The notes under the pieces: model-generated
What the model saw: only the letters and a program-made list of their open reading frames with translations
What the model was told of the DNA's origin: nothing
Database searches by the model: none
Translations under genes and position numbers: made by a program
In this document: piece after piece, positions 51,401 through 64,000 of the stretch
Numbering within the stretch: position 1 is the first letter of the stretch
Layout of the letters: the number at the start of each line of letters is the position of its first letter
Origin: Chrysomallon squamiferum
Taxonomy: Eukaryota > Animalia > Mollusca
Assembly: GCA_012295275.1 (NCBI GenBank)
Contig: CM022670.1
Location: 23,932,001 to 23,996,000 of the forward strand
Direction: 5' to 3'
Length of the DNA: 64,000 bases

Positions 51401-54400
51401 GCAAATCACCATCTGATTGTCCCTATCTGTGGAAACACATGACAGAATACACGGAAACCACTGCTAAAATATTTCATGGCATTCGCCTCGACAACTGCCA
51501 CAGTACACCAATACATGTAGCTGAAGTAAGAGTGAAAATAAAATTTCAAATATATAACTTTTAATATGGGCAGAATTTTTTGCTGTTAATGGGTTTTACT
51601 GAATAACATTTGCAGATTTAGTCTCTCATGTCATTGTTGTGAAATGTCATGTTTTTCAAAACTTTTATTTTCTTGTATGATCTTAATGTCAGTTGAAGAC
51701 ACCCCTGGTAAAACGAATAAAATTGTTCAGATTTAATTATGTTAGTGTATCCTTTAATCATTATTTTTTTTTTTTTTTATATTATTATAATTGATGACTT
51801 TGATAATTTGTTAATTAACTTTAATAATTTGGTCTCATTGTAGGGCAAATAGTTTTCTTCAATTTTCTTTTGGTTAGCACAAGATGAAATGAGTAAATAC
51901 GTTAAATTGTATATATCTGATTTTTCATTTTCAGTACATGTTGGATAAAGCCAGGAAGATTCGTCCAGATCTGTATGTTGTGGCAGAGTTGTTTACTGGA
52001 GCAGAACATGTAGACAACATTTTTATCAACCGTCTGGGAATTAATTCTCTCATTAGAGGTATTTACTTTCCTTAGTACTTTAATTTGTTCTTACTAAACA
52101 GTTTCAGTTATAAATTACCAGTAGTGTAAATCAGGACATGGATCCTCATTTCATATTCTGTGAATTTTGTTTACTGTCTAGTGTGGCATGATTGAGATAT
52201 AAAAAAAAACATATGTTTATCTGTTCAGGTTTTGTTTTGACATTATTATGTTGATTTAAATGAAAAAAGATTAACACATTCATATTGCAGCATAAAAGTG
52301 AATTCACAAAGCTTAAAATATATTCAGTTTTTATTTTAAAAAAAATATATTTTTATTTCTATTTTTAAGCTGTAATATTGATGCTGTTTTTCAGAGAGTT
52401 TATCAGCTTGGGATGCCCATGAAGAAGTTCGACTTGTCCACCGATATGGAGGAATCCCAGTCGGATCTTTTGTGCAGCCTCGTGTTCGTCCACTTGTCCC
52501 TTCAGTGGCACACGCTTTATTCTTTGATCAGACACATGACAACCCATCAGCAATTCAGGTAAAAAAACAGCTAAATAAAATAAACATAGGATGGCCATTG
52601 CTCTATTTTCTTGCATACATCATTTTATTCTGTTTTATATCCCAAATTTCTTTTTCTTTCATTAAACAGATAGAAATGTAGATTTCAATAAATTTTTCGT
52701 TAATCTTTTTTCTTTCAAGAAGGAATAGCTGTCAAATGTTAACAGATGGACAGTTATTAGCAGTTATCATCTTGAGATTAATGCAATACTATTGCAGATT
52801 TAAAAATAAAAAATAACCTCCCAAAAGGAAGATGTATATTAAAGTTTATATCAGTTCTTAATTATAAAAAATAAACACCAAACTTTTTCAACTTCTAAAT
52901 GCTGTCTATCTTTGTAATTGTATATATGAAACAATTGTAGGTGAAATGAAATTTTAATTAATTTTTCAGAAAAGGTCTGCATATGATCTTTGGCCAAGTA
53001 CAGCTCTGATATCCATGGCTTGCTGTGCATCTGGAAGTAACCGAGGCTTTGATCAGTTGGTACCACATCACGTATGTGAATATAATTTACTGTTTTTTTA
53101 TTTTACTGATTCAAAATGTGCAGATAAAGAATAAAATTATTAATAAATAATATATTTAAAAAGGTCTGATGTAATCATTTAAATAAGAAATGCTTGCTAA
53201 TTATTATTTATTTATTTGTATATATTTTAATTTCTTTAGTATCTGTTATAGTAAACCTACTACCATTTGATTTCTGAAAATGTGGTTTGAAGTTATTTGT
53301 AAATAACAAAGTGTATAACATTATTTCAAGGTAAATTGTACACATTTGTAAAAATGCATTTCGTAACATTTTAATTATAGATTCATATTGTTAAAGAAGA
53401 AAGAATGTATCCATCGTGGAACAGCCAGGAGAATCCAGGTGAAGCTTACATCAATGGGTCATTTGGAATCACAAATGGCAAGAAAGTATTGAACCAACTT
53501 CACTATGAAATGGGGAAGCATGGTTTTAACCAGGTACTTAAGAAGTTAAAATTTTGGGAAGTGGGCATTATTAATGGTTCAGAATAGATCAGAAAATACA
53601 TTTGTAACTGTCTTAAATATCGTTATTATTGAACTGACATTTATCACATGTACTGTTGATTTTGAAACCATTTTACATGGGTTATATGATTAAAGTCATG
53701 GATATTGTCTGTTATTGGTAAAAGTTTCAAGTTACTGTTTTTGGATAATTTTTACAGTAATCTAAAAATGGAATGTGTTTTTGGAGATGTTAGTTGTTAA
53801 ACTTCAGTGTTAGTTTTGTCAGTACTTTAGTTCTTTCTTTTTTTTTTTTGGATTGTTTATTTGTGGCCCACCTGGAGAAAAATATGTACTGGGAGAAAAA
53901 AAGGTTATGCAACATAATATATTCCCCTCTAGGAAAACAATAAATAATTATTTCTGTGATTGGCAGTAAAATTACTTGTTAAATGGTTTAGGTCTATGTG
54001 GACCAGCTAGACATGAATGTTGTGTCTGTGACACGCCATAATCCCCATACACACCAGTCAATAGTCCTTGTGGCAAGAACATCGTTTCAGCATCCAGCCG
54101 ATGAAGATGACAAAGGTCAAACTAAACCAATGACTGTGCAGGGTATGTTTTCACAAATTTTTGTCTGATCTAATACTTGTTTTATCTTCACAAGGACAGT
54201 TCTTTTTGATTATTAGTTATTTTTTTATATCAGTTTTACCAATCTGTCTTCTGATCCTCTTGATTTCATAATTTACATTATGTTTAATATTTTTTGTGTT
54301 TTTAAGGATAGATATTTAATTACATTTTTATAATCATTATTAAACATTTTTAAGAATCATTTCATAAATTGAAATAAGTTGTTTATTTTTAAGTGTTAGT

Positions 54401-56574
54401 AATGTTTAAAAAATTGGAAACATTTCATTATGTAGTTTGTTAATGTCAGATTTTTCTTTTAATACTAAGCCTTTTAAAGAAAAAACAAGCTTTCTTAAAT
54501 TAAGGACTTTTTACTTATTTTGTTTGAATAACTTCCGATGATTAAACAAAAATATTTAATATTTCAGGACTGATAGATGAGGTTATATTGCAGGGGCGCA
54601 TGCGTTATTCTAAAGCATACTCATATGAAAGAAATCCAAACTACATCAATGGATTACCAGACTATTACCTTGAACTTAAAACACATTTTCCTGTAGAACA
54701 AAGTGACATGGTCAGTGTGACTAAAAAAGACAAATTTGTGGAAGTTACATTTGAGAACTTGACACCAGGAAGTGTCATTGCGTTCAGGTATTATAAGTAT
54801 AAGTGAACTTCTGTGCCAAAAACATTAATAATCGTGTTGATATTTTTAAATAAAATGCCTGTCTCCCAAAACATCCTGATAGCTGATTTACTTGCTGAAT
54901 TGTATGCACTTGAATGCTGCTAAAGAGTTTGTAAAGATGATTAAATACAGAATTAACAAAAGCCTTACATCAAAATGCATTGTCTTTTATTGGACTAAAT
55001 GTGACATAGACTAATAGTGAGAAAAATTGCTGAGAATTGTTATTTACTGTAAGTAAATCATTGGAAAAGTTACTTGACAGTTTTGATAATTATTAACAAA
55101 ATATTTTGACCTTTATGAACAATATAATCAATTTGGAATGGACACAACAATATGTATAAAAAAAAATATATTATAAAAGGTTATCCTGTAATTTTATTTG
55201 TATATGTCTAACGTTAATTATCTTTATTTATTAACAAAGAATTATTCAGTTTGTTATACAAGTTTTTTAAAATTATCTTTGATATGGGAGAACATTAAAA
55301 ATGATTTCAGTTATTTTAAATATATTTATGAGATTTAGCATTTAAATTAAAAAATAACAAAGAATAATGTCAGAATGATATTTAAACTGATCTGTTTTCA
55401 CACTTTGTTTTTCCGTTCAGGACAAGTATGCCAAGAGACGCACGCACTGCAGTGTTAGAAATCCGCCGTGGTGTTGGTCAGTTTGGATATCTGATGAGAT
55501 CTTACAGTGGCAGCACTATGTTTGATGACACATGGGATAAATCTAATTTCCGTGCCATTGTGTCTGCTTTGACTTTAGCTGATTTGAATGAGGTGTTGTA
55601 CAGAGCAAGCCCTGAAGAAGAGGCAGATGGTTTTGGAATCTCAGCTTATGATGTGCCTGGATTAGGCCCTATTGTTTATTGTGGCATTAGAGGTTATATT
55701 AATATATATTTTTTTTTTTACATTAATTTTTATTTTATTTATTTACTTATTTACTTATTTTTATTTGTTTTTGTATGTATATAGATCCAAAGAATCAATA
55801 TATATTTACAATACACTCTGTGAAAACTGGCACCATTACCAAGTCCATCCAGCTACCGTTAATCTTTTATGAACAAAACTTTGACCAATCCAGATGTTGT
55901 CTACTTCAGAAACCAGGTGTAAATTCCAGAACAAATTAACAATTTGTATAATAATTAGCATAGTCAACAACTTAACACAATTTTGCAAGTACAATCACTT
56001 CTTAAACAATGGTGGCAATTTGCACATAATTAGGCTACACTTTTTAAATTCTTAATAAACAAAAGTGCCATGCTTTTTGTAATTACTACATGCAGCTAAA
56101 TGAACAAGATTATTATTAGTGTGTTGATAGCTAAGTGAATTTAGATTTAGTATCAAAAGCAGAAGGCTGCATAAATACGTATGGCACATGTTTTGCTTTG
56201 TTTTGAATTCATTGTAATGGCTTTGCAGCCTAAAAAACAGCAAAATATTGAACTTTCAGAAGCCAAACTATTGTCATAAACATAAAATTAAACATCTACA
56301 TGTATACAGACTCATTCGAGAAGTGATAAAATTATTTAAAAAAAACTTATTTTTATGTTTATGAATACTTGCAGCCTGTTTTCTCAGGTCTTGGACCTCT
56401 ACTTATGTTGGTTTGTTAATTGTAATTATGTCATTTATCATCACATCTGTAAAACAATGCATTTGATGGAAATAACGGAAGTCTGCTGACTGATCACAGA
56501 ATGTTTCACAAAATTGTTGGACAAAATGGATGCAAAATGTATTGATAATATCAACTTCCAAGTGATGTATTTAA

Positions 56575-56625
<51 letters not shown>

Positions 56626-59600
56626 TAAAATAAAATAATAAAATTAAAAATAAATAAATAAATAAAAGAAAATTAAAAATAAAAGGAAGAAGAAGGTGAC
56701 TTGGACTTTGCCATTGGTTAATAGGCAAAGTTTCGTACAAAAGAACAATTGTTTCGCTCATCTTGACCTCTGACTTGAATCCTGGCAATGCAAATTAAAA
56801 TATAAAGACAGGCAATATTTGACATTTTAAAAACGTAGTGACCATTACTGACAATTGTACAAAACTAATATTTCGGTAGAGTAATGACCCACAAATTCAA
56901 AAATCTGATTGGATTCACAATACACACAATGATCCAATGACCGAACTTTCGTACACTGACGTTCTTAACATGATAAAACAAATTAAAAATTTTGCTGCTG
57001 CTGCTATCAAAAGCATTTTAAATGTGGAGGCTGTGAAAGAAATATGAAAAAAAAAGGTAAAAAAAAAGTGTAGTTGTTGATGAGTTTTTCATATGACACC
57101 TGATAAACATGTAACAATAATATTTGTAATTAAACATTCCAATTTCATGTCATTTTCATCTTTATAGACCATCACTCTGTCTGAAATGGCATACATGGTT
57201 GGTCCCAAGTTAATCCAGTTTTGTCATAGTCCATATATAAATAAATATATATATATATTTGAAAAAAAATTTAAAAAAAAAAAGATATTTGGACAGTTGC
57301 TCTTTAGGAGTTGGTGGATAATTTTTATATTTTAATATTGTATTTTAAATTTTAGTCTTCAAGTACATAAATTAATTTGTTTACAACATTATCCATTTTT
57401 TTTTTTTTTTTGATATTGATTATTATTTTTCAAAAAGGTTTCAGAAACTGATAACTTTCAAAAAAAGGTTATTTCTTTATTTAACATCTTTCTTTTTAAC
57501 ATCTTACTAAAATAAACTGTTTTACTAGATTGCTAAAGAATTTCTGAACTGAAAGGTACAAAATAGCATCAGTCTTTATATTTCAGTCAGCTATGAACCT
57601 GAGAGTTAAAAAGAAAAAAAATGTCAAAAGATTTTTAAATGACCTTTTGAATTTAAATTTAAATGTTTTAAATGGTGATTGCCATCATCAGTATTTAAAT
57701 GCTGTAACAGAGTATAATGGATGATTCATTTGATACCATAATTATGATCTATAACTATATCTTCCACTTATTCCACAAAACTGAAAAGAATATTGATATA
57801 CATATCAAACTGAATAAAAGTAGAAACTGAAAATTACTTCTGTTTATTAACCTTAAGAAACAACAGTTGCCCACTGATTGATAACTAGGAGCCAAAAGTT
57901 TTTATTAAACAGCTTCTGCAACAGTGTATCATGTATAAAAAAAAAAAAAAAAATAGACAGAGGAGGAAATGAAAAAAATTACCTTGCATTTTTCATTTTA
58001 GGTATAATATCAGTGCTAAATGACCTCCGACCTACAAATGATCTGGGTCATCCTCTGTGTGTGAATCTGCGGGCTGGTCATTGGCTGCCTGATTATGTGG
58101 CCAGCAGGCTCCTGCTTCATGAAGGGACTGTAGATGTGAGTAACAGTTCATACTTTCATGTTAAATGTAGAGAGATCTGAAGAGAACAGTAATACTTCAG
58201 TGTTGGTCTTGTCCACCAGAAAAGTTTCATCAAAGTAGTACTGTAGTAGAAACCTGTTTCCACTATGACCATGCATGCATCTAAAGTTATGGTATTTGCT
58301 GCCTGTCCAAGTGTTAGAGTTGCAGTTTACCCATAAAGCATTAGATAGCTTCTTTCATTCTTTATCACTGAAAATGTTTGCCATATTATTAGCAAAAAAA
58401 TTAGTTACTGTTGTGGATTTTTAGACAATACATTTAACTGCTATCAGTGCTTTAACCTTTCTGTGGATTAGTTGTTTTGTTAGAGTACAAAACAGAAAAT
58501 CAGATATAATGCAAGGATAATCTTTTTACTGTGCATTTCTAAAACAGAAAACAATTGAATAAAGAATTAATAAATACCATTCAACTTTTACAGCTAGGCA
58601 ACTGGTTTAAAGGAATCTTTGATCATTTAAAGAATGTGCCACCTTACCTGGTTCCTTGTTATTTTGATGCTATTGTCACAGGTGCATATGTTGTTCTCCG
58701 AGAAATGGCTGTGCAGCAAATGGCAGAGTAAGCTTTTGTTTTAATTGTTTCCTTTTTAGATGTTTGTCTATTATGTCTCTCTGGAACTGTAAAATCATTT
58801 TTTTTCGGATATAACTGCCTCCAATTGTAAATTTATGTTTTTCAAATAAATCTGTCTGCAATTGTAAAGTTTTGAATTTTGTTTTCAATATTTATATCTG
58901 GATTTGTAATGGGAATGTGATAAACTGATTCTGTTGAAAGTATTTAATAATGTCTGATGGCCTGTAATAGTTTTTCACAACACATTCACCAAGACTTCTT
59001 TGGCTGGATTTACATTCTTATTTGTTTGAATATAATAAAAGTCTGAGGTTTGGCTGAATTTGTTAGTTTCTGAAAGTAATTTTTGTTGAAGGAAGAAACT
59101 AAAGTAAATTTTTAAGAATGAGAGAGATAAAAGTCAAAATTAACATTGTTTTTATTTACAGATTTGTGAAGAATGGGTCAACTTTTGTTCAAGCTCTTTC
59201 CATGGGTTCTGTTCAGTTCTGTGGCTATGTTAAAAATTCAAAGTTGCCACCATTGCCCACTGACATGGAGCCTCCCATCAGAGTAGAAATGGACATGAAG
59301 ACAGAAGAGGAATTTTATGCACCATTATCCCTGGCAGCAGGTTTGCTCCGTTTGCTGTTGTTGTTGTTGTTATGATTATTTCATAATCACTTGGCTATGT
59401 GAGTATCTGAAGAACACATGTTACTGTTAACATATGTGAATTTGTTTCAGGGTTTCCACATTTCTGTAGTGGTTACATGAGAAACTGGGGACGGGATACA
59501 TTCATCTCAGCCCGTGGCCTGCTGCTGATACCAGGACGATTTGAAGAAGCAAGGTTAAAAACTAAAAAAGTATTTAAGAGAGGAATTTTTTTTTTTTTTT

Positions 59601-60420
59601 TAATCATTGTACTTTTAGAATATTTCAGTTGTTTAAAAAGAGTTAGATAAACAAACTTTCTGGTTTTTGCTTAATTTTAAACTGCTATGAATCATCCGTT
59701 TATTAGAGAACTACATTTCTTAGCAATTTACTGATACAGGTTTGAAAGACATTTTATCAGTTATGTAGCATTTTATTAATTTTAAGTTAATTTAAACAGA
59801 TTAATAAATATAGATTTTATTCTATTTGTATTCGTAGATAGTAAAATGTAAGGCATTACCTGTAACATCCTTTTTTTTTTTCTTACATTTTCCATTTGGT
59901 ACTAATATAATTTGATTTTTATTTCATCAACAGGTGCATTATCCTTGCTTTTGGTGGCTGTTTAAGGCATGGGCTGATTCCTAACCTGCTGAATGAAGGA
60001 ACTGGAGCTCGGTACAACTGTCGAGATGCTGTCTGGTGGTGGATGCAGTGTATCAAAGATTACTGTCAAATGGCACCAGATGGATTACAATTGTTGAATG
60101 ATCAGGTCTGCCGAATGTATCCTACAGATGACAGTCCACCACAAGTTGGAGAACATCATGTTAGAATATACTTTAAATAATTAACATGAATACAAACACA
60201 CACATGCACACACACAAACACACAAACTAAATCTTGGTGATGAAAATCCATTTGAATGATATTAAAATATTCTTTTAGAAACAACCACTTCATGATGTTA
60301 TGCATGAAGCTCTGCAGAGACATGCCCAAGGCATTAAGTTTGTTGAGAGAAATGCTGGACCCCAGATTGACAGTGAAATGACAGAACAAGGTAGAGATTT
60401 TTCTGTATCATTGAACATGG

Positions 60421-60457
<37 letters not shown>

Positions 60458-60956
60458 TTGTTGTTGTTTTTTTTTTTTTTTCTAATAGGTATTGTTTAAA
60501 AATCTTTATTTTTTTCAAAAAAATAGAGACAGTCATAAATTGTTTTGTTTGTTTTTGTTTCATTTTTTTTTAGAATTAAATTAATTAAAATTTAGGCTCC
60601 CCCACTAAATATTTTAAAAACACATCTAAAATTCAAACATATGAAACTGTAATATAAATCAAAATAGAATTTAAAAATTAAATTCAGTGACAGGCAAAAT
60701 TGAAGATCTGCTGTTCTTTAAACTAAGAAGAAGAACAAACAAATGTTGTGGAAATTGATAAATTCTAATACATTCTTGCTGAAACTCTACCCAGTTTTTT
60801 CAGAGTTTTATGGCTTAAGATGCCAAACAATGAATGGTCTGCCTCCAGTTGGCTAATTTCAACTGCTTTTTATGATGATTTCTTTGCATTTGCAATAGTA
60901 AATACTAAAAATGTCATAATTTTGTCAGTTATTGTCTAATTTCCATAAATGTTTTA

Positions 60957-60988
<32 letters not shown>

Positions 60989-63900
60989 TTTTTAAAATAT
61001 ATTTAAGCGCTCCTTTAAGAACTATGTATATCTCATTTTTGTTTTGGGTTCCCAGGTGTTTCTATTTGCCTAAGTGCCTCAGAAATCATATCTCATTAAT
61101 TCATTTGTGTTCTTTCTGAAGGTTTTACAGTAGAAGCTGGTGTGGACTGGAACACTGGGTTTGTATATGGTGGTAATGAATTCAACTGTGGAACATGGAT
61201 GGATAAGATGGGAAGCTCTCAAAAAGCAGGAAACAAGGGCAAACCTGCCACCCCAAGGTAATCATATCCCTACATTTCTCAGTATGTCTTGATTAAACAA
61301 ACAAATGGAATTTGTTGGAAAATCCTTTTATTTCTTAAAATACTTAGCTTTAAAAGTTTATTTTCATCAGTGCTCACTAAACAGGAATAGATTATGGGAA
61401 ATGTGTCTTGTTTTGATTTTTAATAGTCCATAAAGTAGTCTTGATTTATAATATATGTTAATGTGTAGAGATGGGTCAGCTGTGGAGTTGGTTGGGTTGA
61501 GCATGTCCATTATCAACTGGCTTGACAGTCTCCAGAAAGAAGGACAGTTTCCATACCAAGCAGTTACAGCTAGAAAAGATGGTTAGTTTCTCCAGTTATT
61601 TTTTAATATTTCTCTGGGGGTTTTTATTTATAGAATAGCAGAGAGAAGATTGATTATGTTATAACATCTAATTAAATATTAACTGGTGGTTCTACATAAT
61701 AAATGGGGAAAAAAATAATACTGTTCAGTAAGCTAAATTTTTTATTTCTTACTTTATATTTTTCTTCATCTTCATTTTTTTGTATATTTTATGCATAATT
61801 CTTCCAGCATGAAATTAACATTCATAAATAAAAATATCGCCAGTACAAAATTAGAAAATTAACTACATAATTATTATATTCTGTTATAATCCTCCAAATT
61901 TTGTAAAGAATTCATATAATTAAAATAATTTTGTAAGTACATAGTGTTGGAAACACATTGGCATTTGATCCCACTTAATTGTCTGCACTTACACATTTTC
62001 TAGGTAAAAATGTGGAAGTCACATACAAAGACTGGGCTCACTTAATAGTATCTAACTTTGAGAAGCATTTCTGGATCAATACAGTTCCCGATCCAGACAC
62101 TGAAACTAATCCAGATCTCATCTTTAGACGAGGCATGTACAAAGATACCTGTAATGGATCCAGACCCTGGGCAGACTACCAGTTACGACCAAACTATCCC
62201 ATTGCTATGGTTGTGGTCAGCTGATTTCATTCTTGTTAATTAATTAAAAATAAGAGATTAAATTGTTACTTTAGTGCAAGTATGGATAATGTAACAAATG
62301 CTTAGTTGTGACCAAACTTTTCTGCTAATACTGTTGTCATCTGTTCACATTTTACTTTATCTGTTTAAATTGTTGTTGTTGATGTGGGGAAGGTTTACTT
62401 ACTACCAGACTCTTTCATTGCTATATTTGTAGTCATTTGATTGTAGTTTTATTTAATTTTCCTTTTTCCTTTTTTTCTTTATTTACAATTGTTTTATTAA
62501 TTTTGTTGCCTGAATTTTGAACAGCTGTTAAAGGTTGTTTTATTTAAATTCTTTATAGTGTTTTTTATGATTAATATTGCTTTTTATTTTAATTTAAACA
62601 TTTCAGTACTATGAGTTTTTTTTTTTTCAACTGTAAAAGGGTGAAAAATAATTTCTAATAAAGTTCATATTGTCATAAAAATAATTTCTTTTCATAAAAT
62701 TTCATATTGTTTTAAATAAAAATATTCTGTTTATAATGTGTAATTAAAATTGGTTAGTACATATTTTGAAATAATTAAACACTCTTCAGGCTCCAGAACT
62801 CTTCTTAGCAAACCATGCATGGATTGCTCTTGATCTGGCTCAGGAGATTCTTCTTGGTCCTCTTGGCATGAAAACTCTGGATCCCAAGTAACTTATTTCT
62901 ATTTATTTATTTTTTATTTTTAAAAATTTAAATTCATATTGTCATTATCTAGAATAAATTGTTTAATATTTACAAGTATTCTAGTCCCGGCTAAACTACT
63001 GTTTAATCTATGGAGTTTTGAATTATTATTGACATCAGAGCATCTAAAAATGATGTAGGTTTTTGAATATATTTTAGTTAAATAAAAATGTTTCTGCATT
63101 ACAGAGATTGGGCATACCGGCCATATTATGACAATGCAAATGACACAAATGATGAGAAATCATCTTTGGGATTCAGCTATCATCAAGGGCCAGTAAGTTT
63201 ATTTTAAAATTAAACATTCTCACCTTCACACAGATAAAAAAAAATAAAAGATAGGTAACATTTGATTAACATAAAAGTAAATTCAAAGAATTTTCATTAT
63301 GGACGATGGATATGTGTGATAGACAAATTTTAGTGTTTTCAAACATAAAATTGTCTTTAACTGTATAATAGATTTCTAACATTTATTGCTCTGTAGGAAT
63401 GGCTGTGGCCCATTGGTTTCTTCATGAGAGCCAAACTGCATTATGCAAACTTAATAGAACAGTCAAAAACAGGCACTTTGAAGAAAACTGTACAGTTTGT
63501 TGAATCACATTTGGCAAAACATTACAAAGAAATCATGGATTCACCATGGCAGTCTCTACCTGAAATGACAAATGCTGATGGCATGGTGAGTGATATATAA
63601 GATATTTTGTCTGTAAATAAAACCAGTTTGGTTTTTAAACTTTATTATGTCGTACTATTTGTATATATTTGTTAAGTGTTGGAGCACAAGTTGAAGATTA
63701 CAGAATTAGTTATGACAGCTAGTTGTCAAATAGGTAGAACAATGAAATTGAAAAATATATATTTGATTAATGATCAGTATTACCATGATTTTATTGGCAT
63801 TTAGACTCGGCCTAAATTTGATGAAGAATTCAAAAATATTTATTTAAACTTTTTATAAACTGAATTCTGACAGGCTATTTATTAACATTTAATGTTCATT

Positions 63901-64000
63901 TTTCTTCTAAATCACAGTATTGTCCATTCAGTTGTCGAGCCCAGGCATGGAGTGTTAGCTGTGTACTGGATGTTTTGTATGATCTGGAGCAGATACAAAA
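44887..64000 (+). CDS. AGL: Glycogen debranching enzyme (amylo-alpha-1,6-glucosidase / 4-alpha-glucanotransferase); stop codon lies beyond the window end
   Basis: Exons 44887-44965, 45412-45634, 46061-46613, 46759-46867, 47543-47660, 49996-50210, 50698-50834, 51338-51525, 51935-52058, 52395-52558, 52970-53071, 53381-53533, 53992-54142, 54568-54787, 55421-55692, 58002-58135, 58594-58727, 59162-59340, 59451-59553, 59934-60159, 60279-60390, 61122-61257, 61469-61581, 62004-62215, 62790-62887, 63105-63192, 63397-63585, 63918-64000+. Motifs [55 protein letters not shown] and [11 protein letters not shown] are present. There is one frameshift, in an A8 run at 50027-50034. Confidence 0.97.
55808..57236 (+). 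mobile_element. Decayed Tigger/pogo-like element in the AGL intron between coding exons 15 and 16
   Basis: Left end cactctgtgaaaactgg versus right end reverse-complement gactatgacaaaactgg. Internal [19 protein letters not shown] resembles a pogo DDE segment. It would explain why this intron is long (2.3 kb). Confidence 0.45.
56576..56627. repeat. (AAT)n microsatellite
   Basis: Directly visible. Confidence 0.95.

Noticed and set aside
1-64000. tRNA, rRNA, snRNA, CRISPR arrays, U12-type introns and prokaryotic operons
   Set aside because: None were recognisable by eye. All reconstructed introns have ordinary GT-AG ends. A covariance-model scan was not possible, so small RNAs could have been missed.
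10099-64000. Functional metabolic cluster (lipid kinase, ADP/ATP carrier, debranching enzyme)
   Set aside because: The genes belong to unrelated pathways, are separated by transposon debris, and show no shared regulatory structure, so adjacency alone is not evidence.

Overview
AT-rich, intron-rich eukaryotic DNA with many microsatellites. It is animal and probably an invertebrate such as a mollusc; that assignment is inference. Four protein-coding genes can be reconstructed by hand with GT-AG introns: a divergent ceramide-kinase-like gene (+, 10099-14520, 9 exons, 454 aa); an intronless fungal/plant-type ADP/ATP carrier (+, 27328-28248); the splicing factor CCDC130/YJU2B (-, 37610 to 32620/32525); and the glycogen debranching enzyme AGL (+, 44887 to past the window end, 28 coding exons seen). 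CCDC130 and AGL are head-to-head. Intergenic and intronic DNA holds decayed transposons: piggyBac, Tigger/pogo-like elements, an RNase H-bearing LINE lacking RT, and a Harbinger-like Myb remnant. The most interesting points are the altered gate and adenine-pocket residues in the ADP/ATP carrier, the missing Cys-rich motif in the CERK-like protein, two homopolymer frameshifts in conserved genes (probably assembly errors), and two candidate spliced minus-strand transcripts. I see no convincing evidence for a new multi-gene system.
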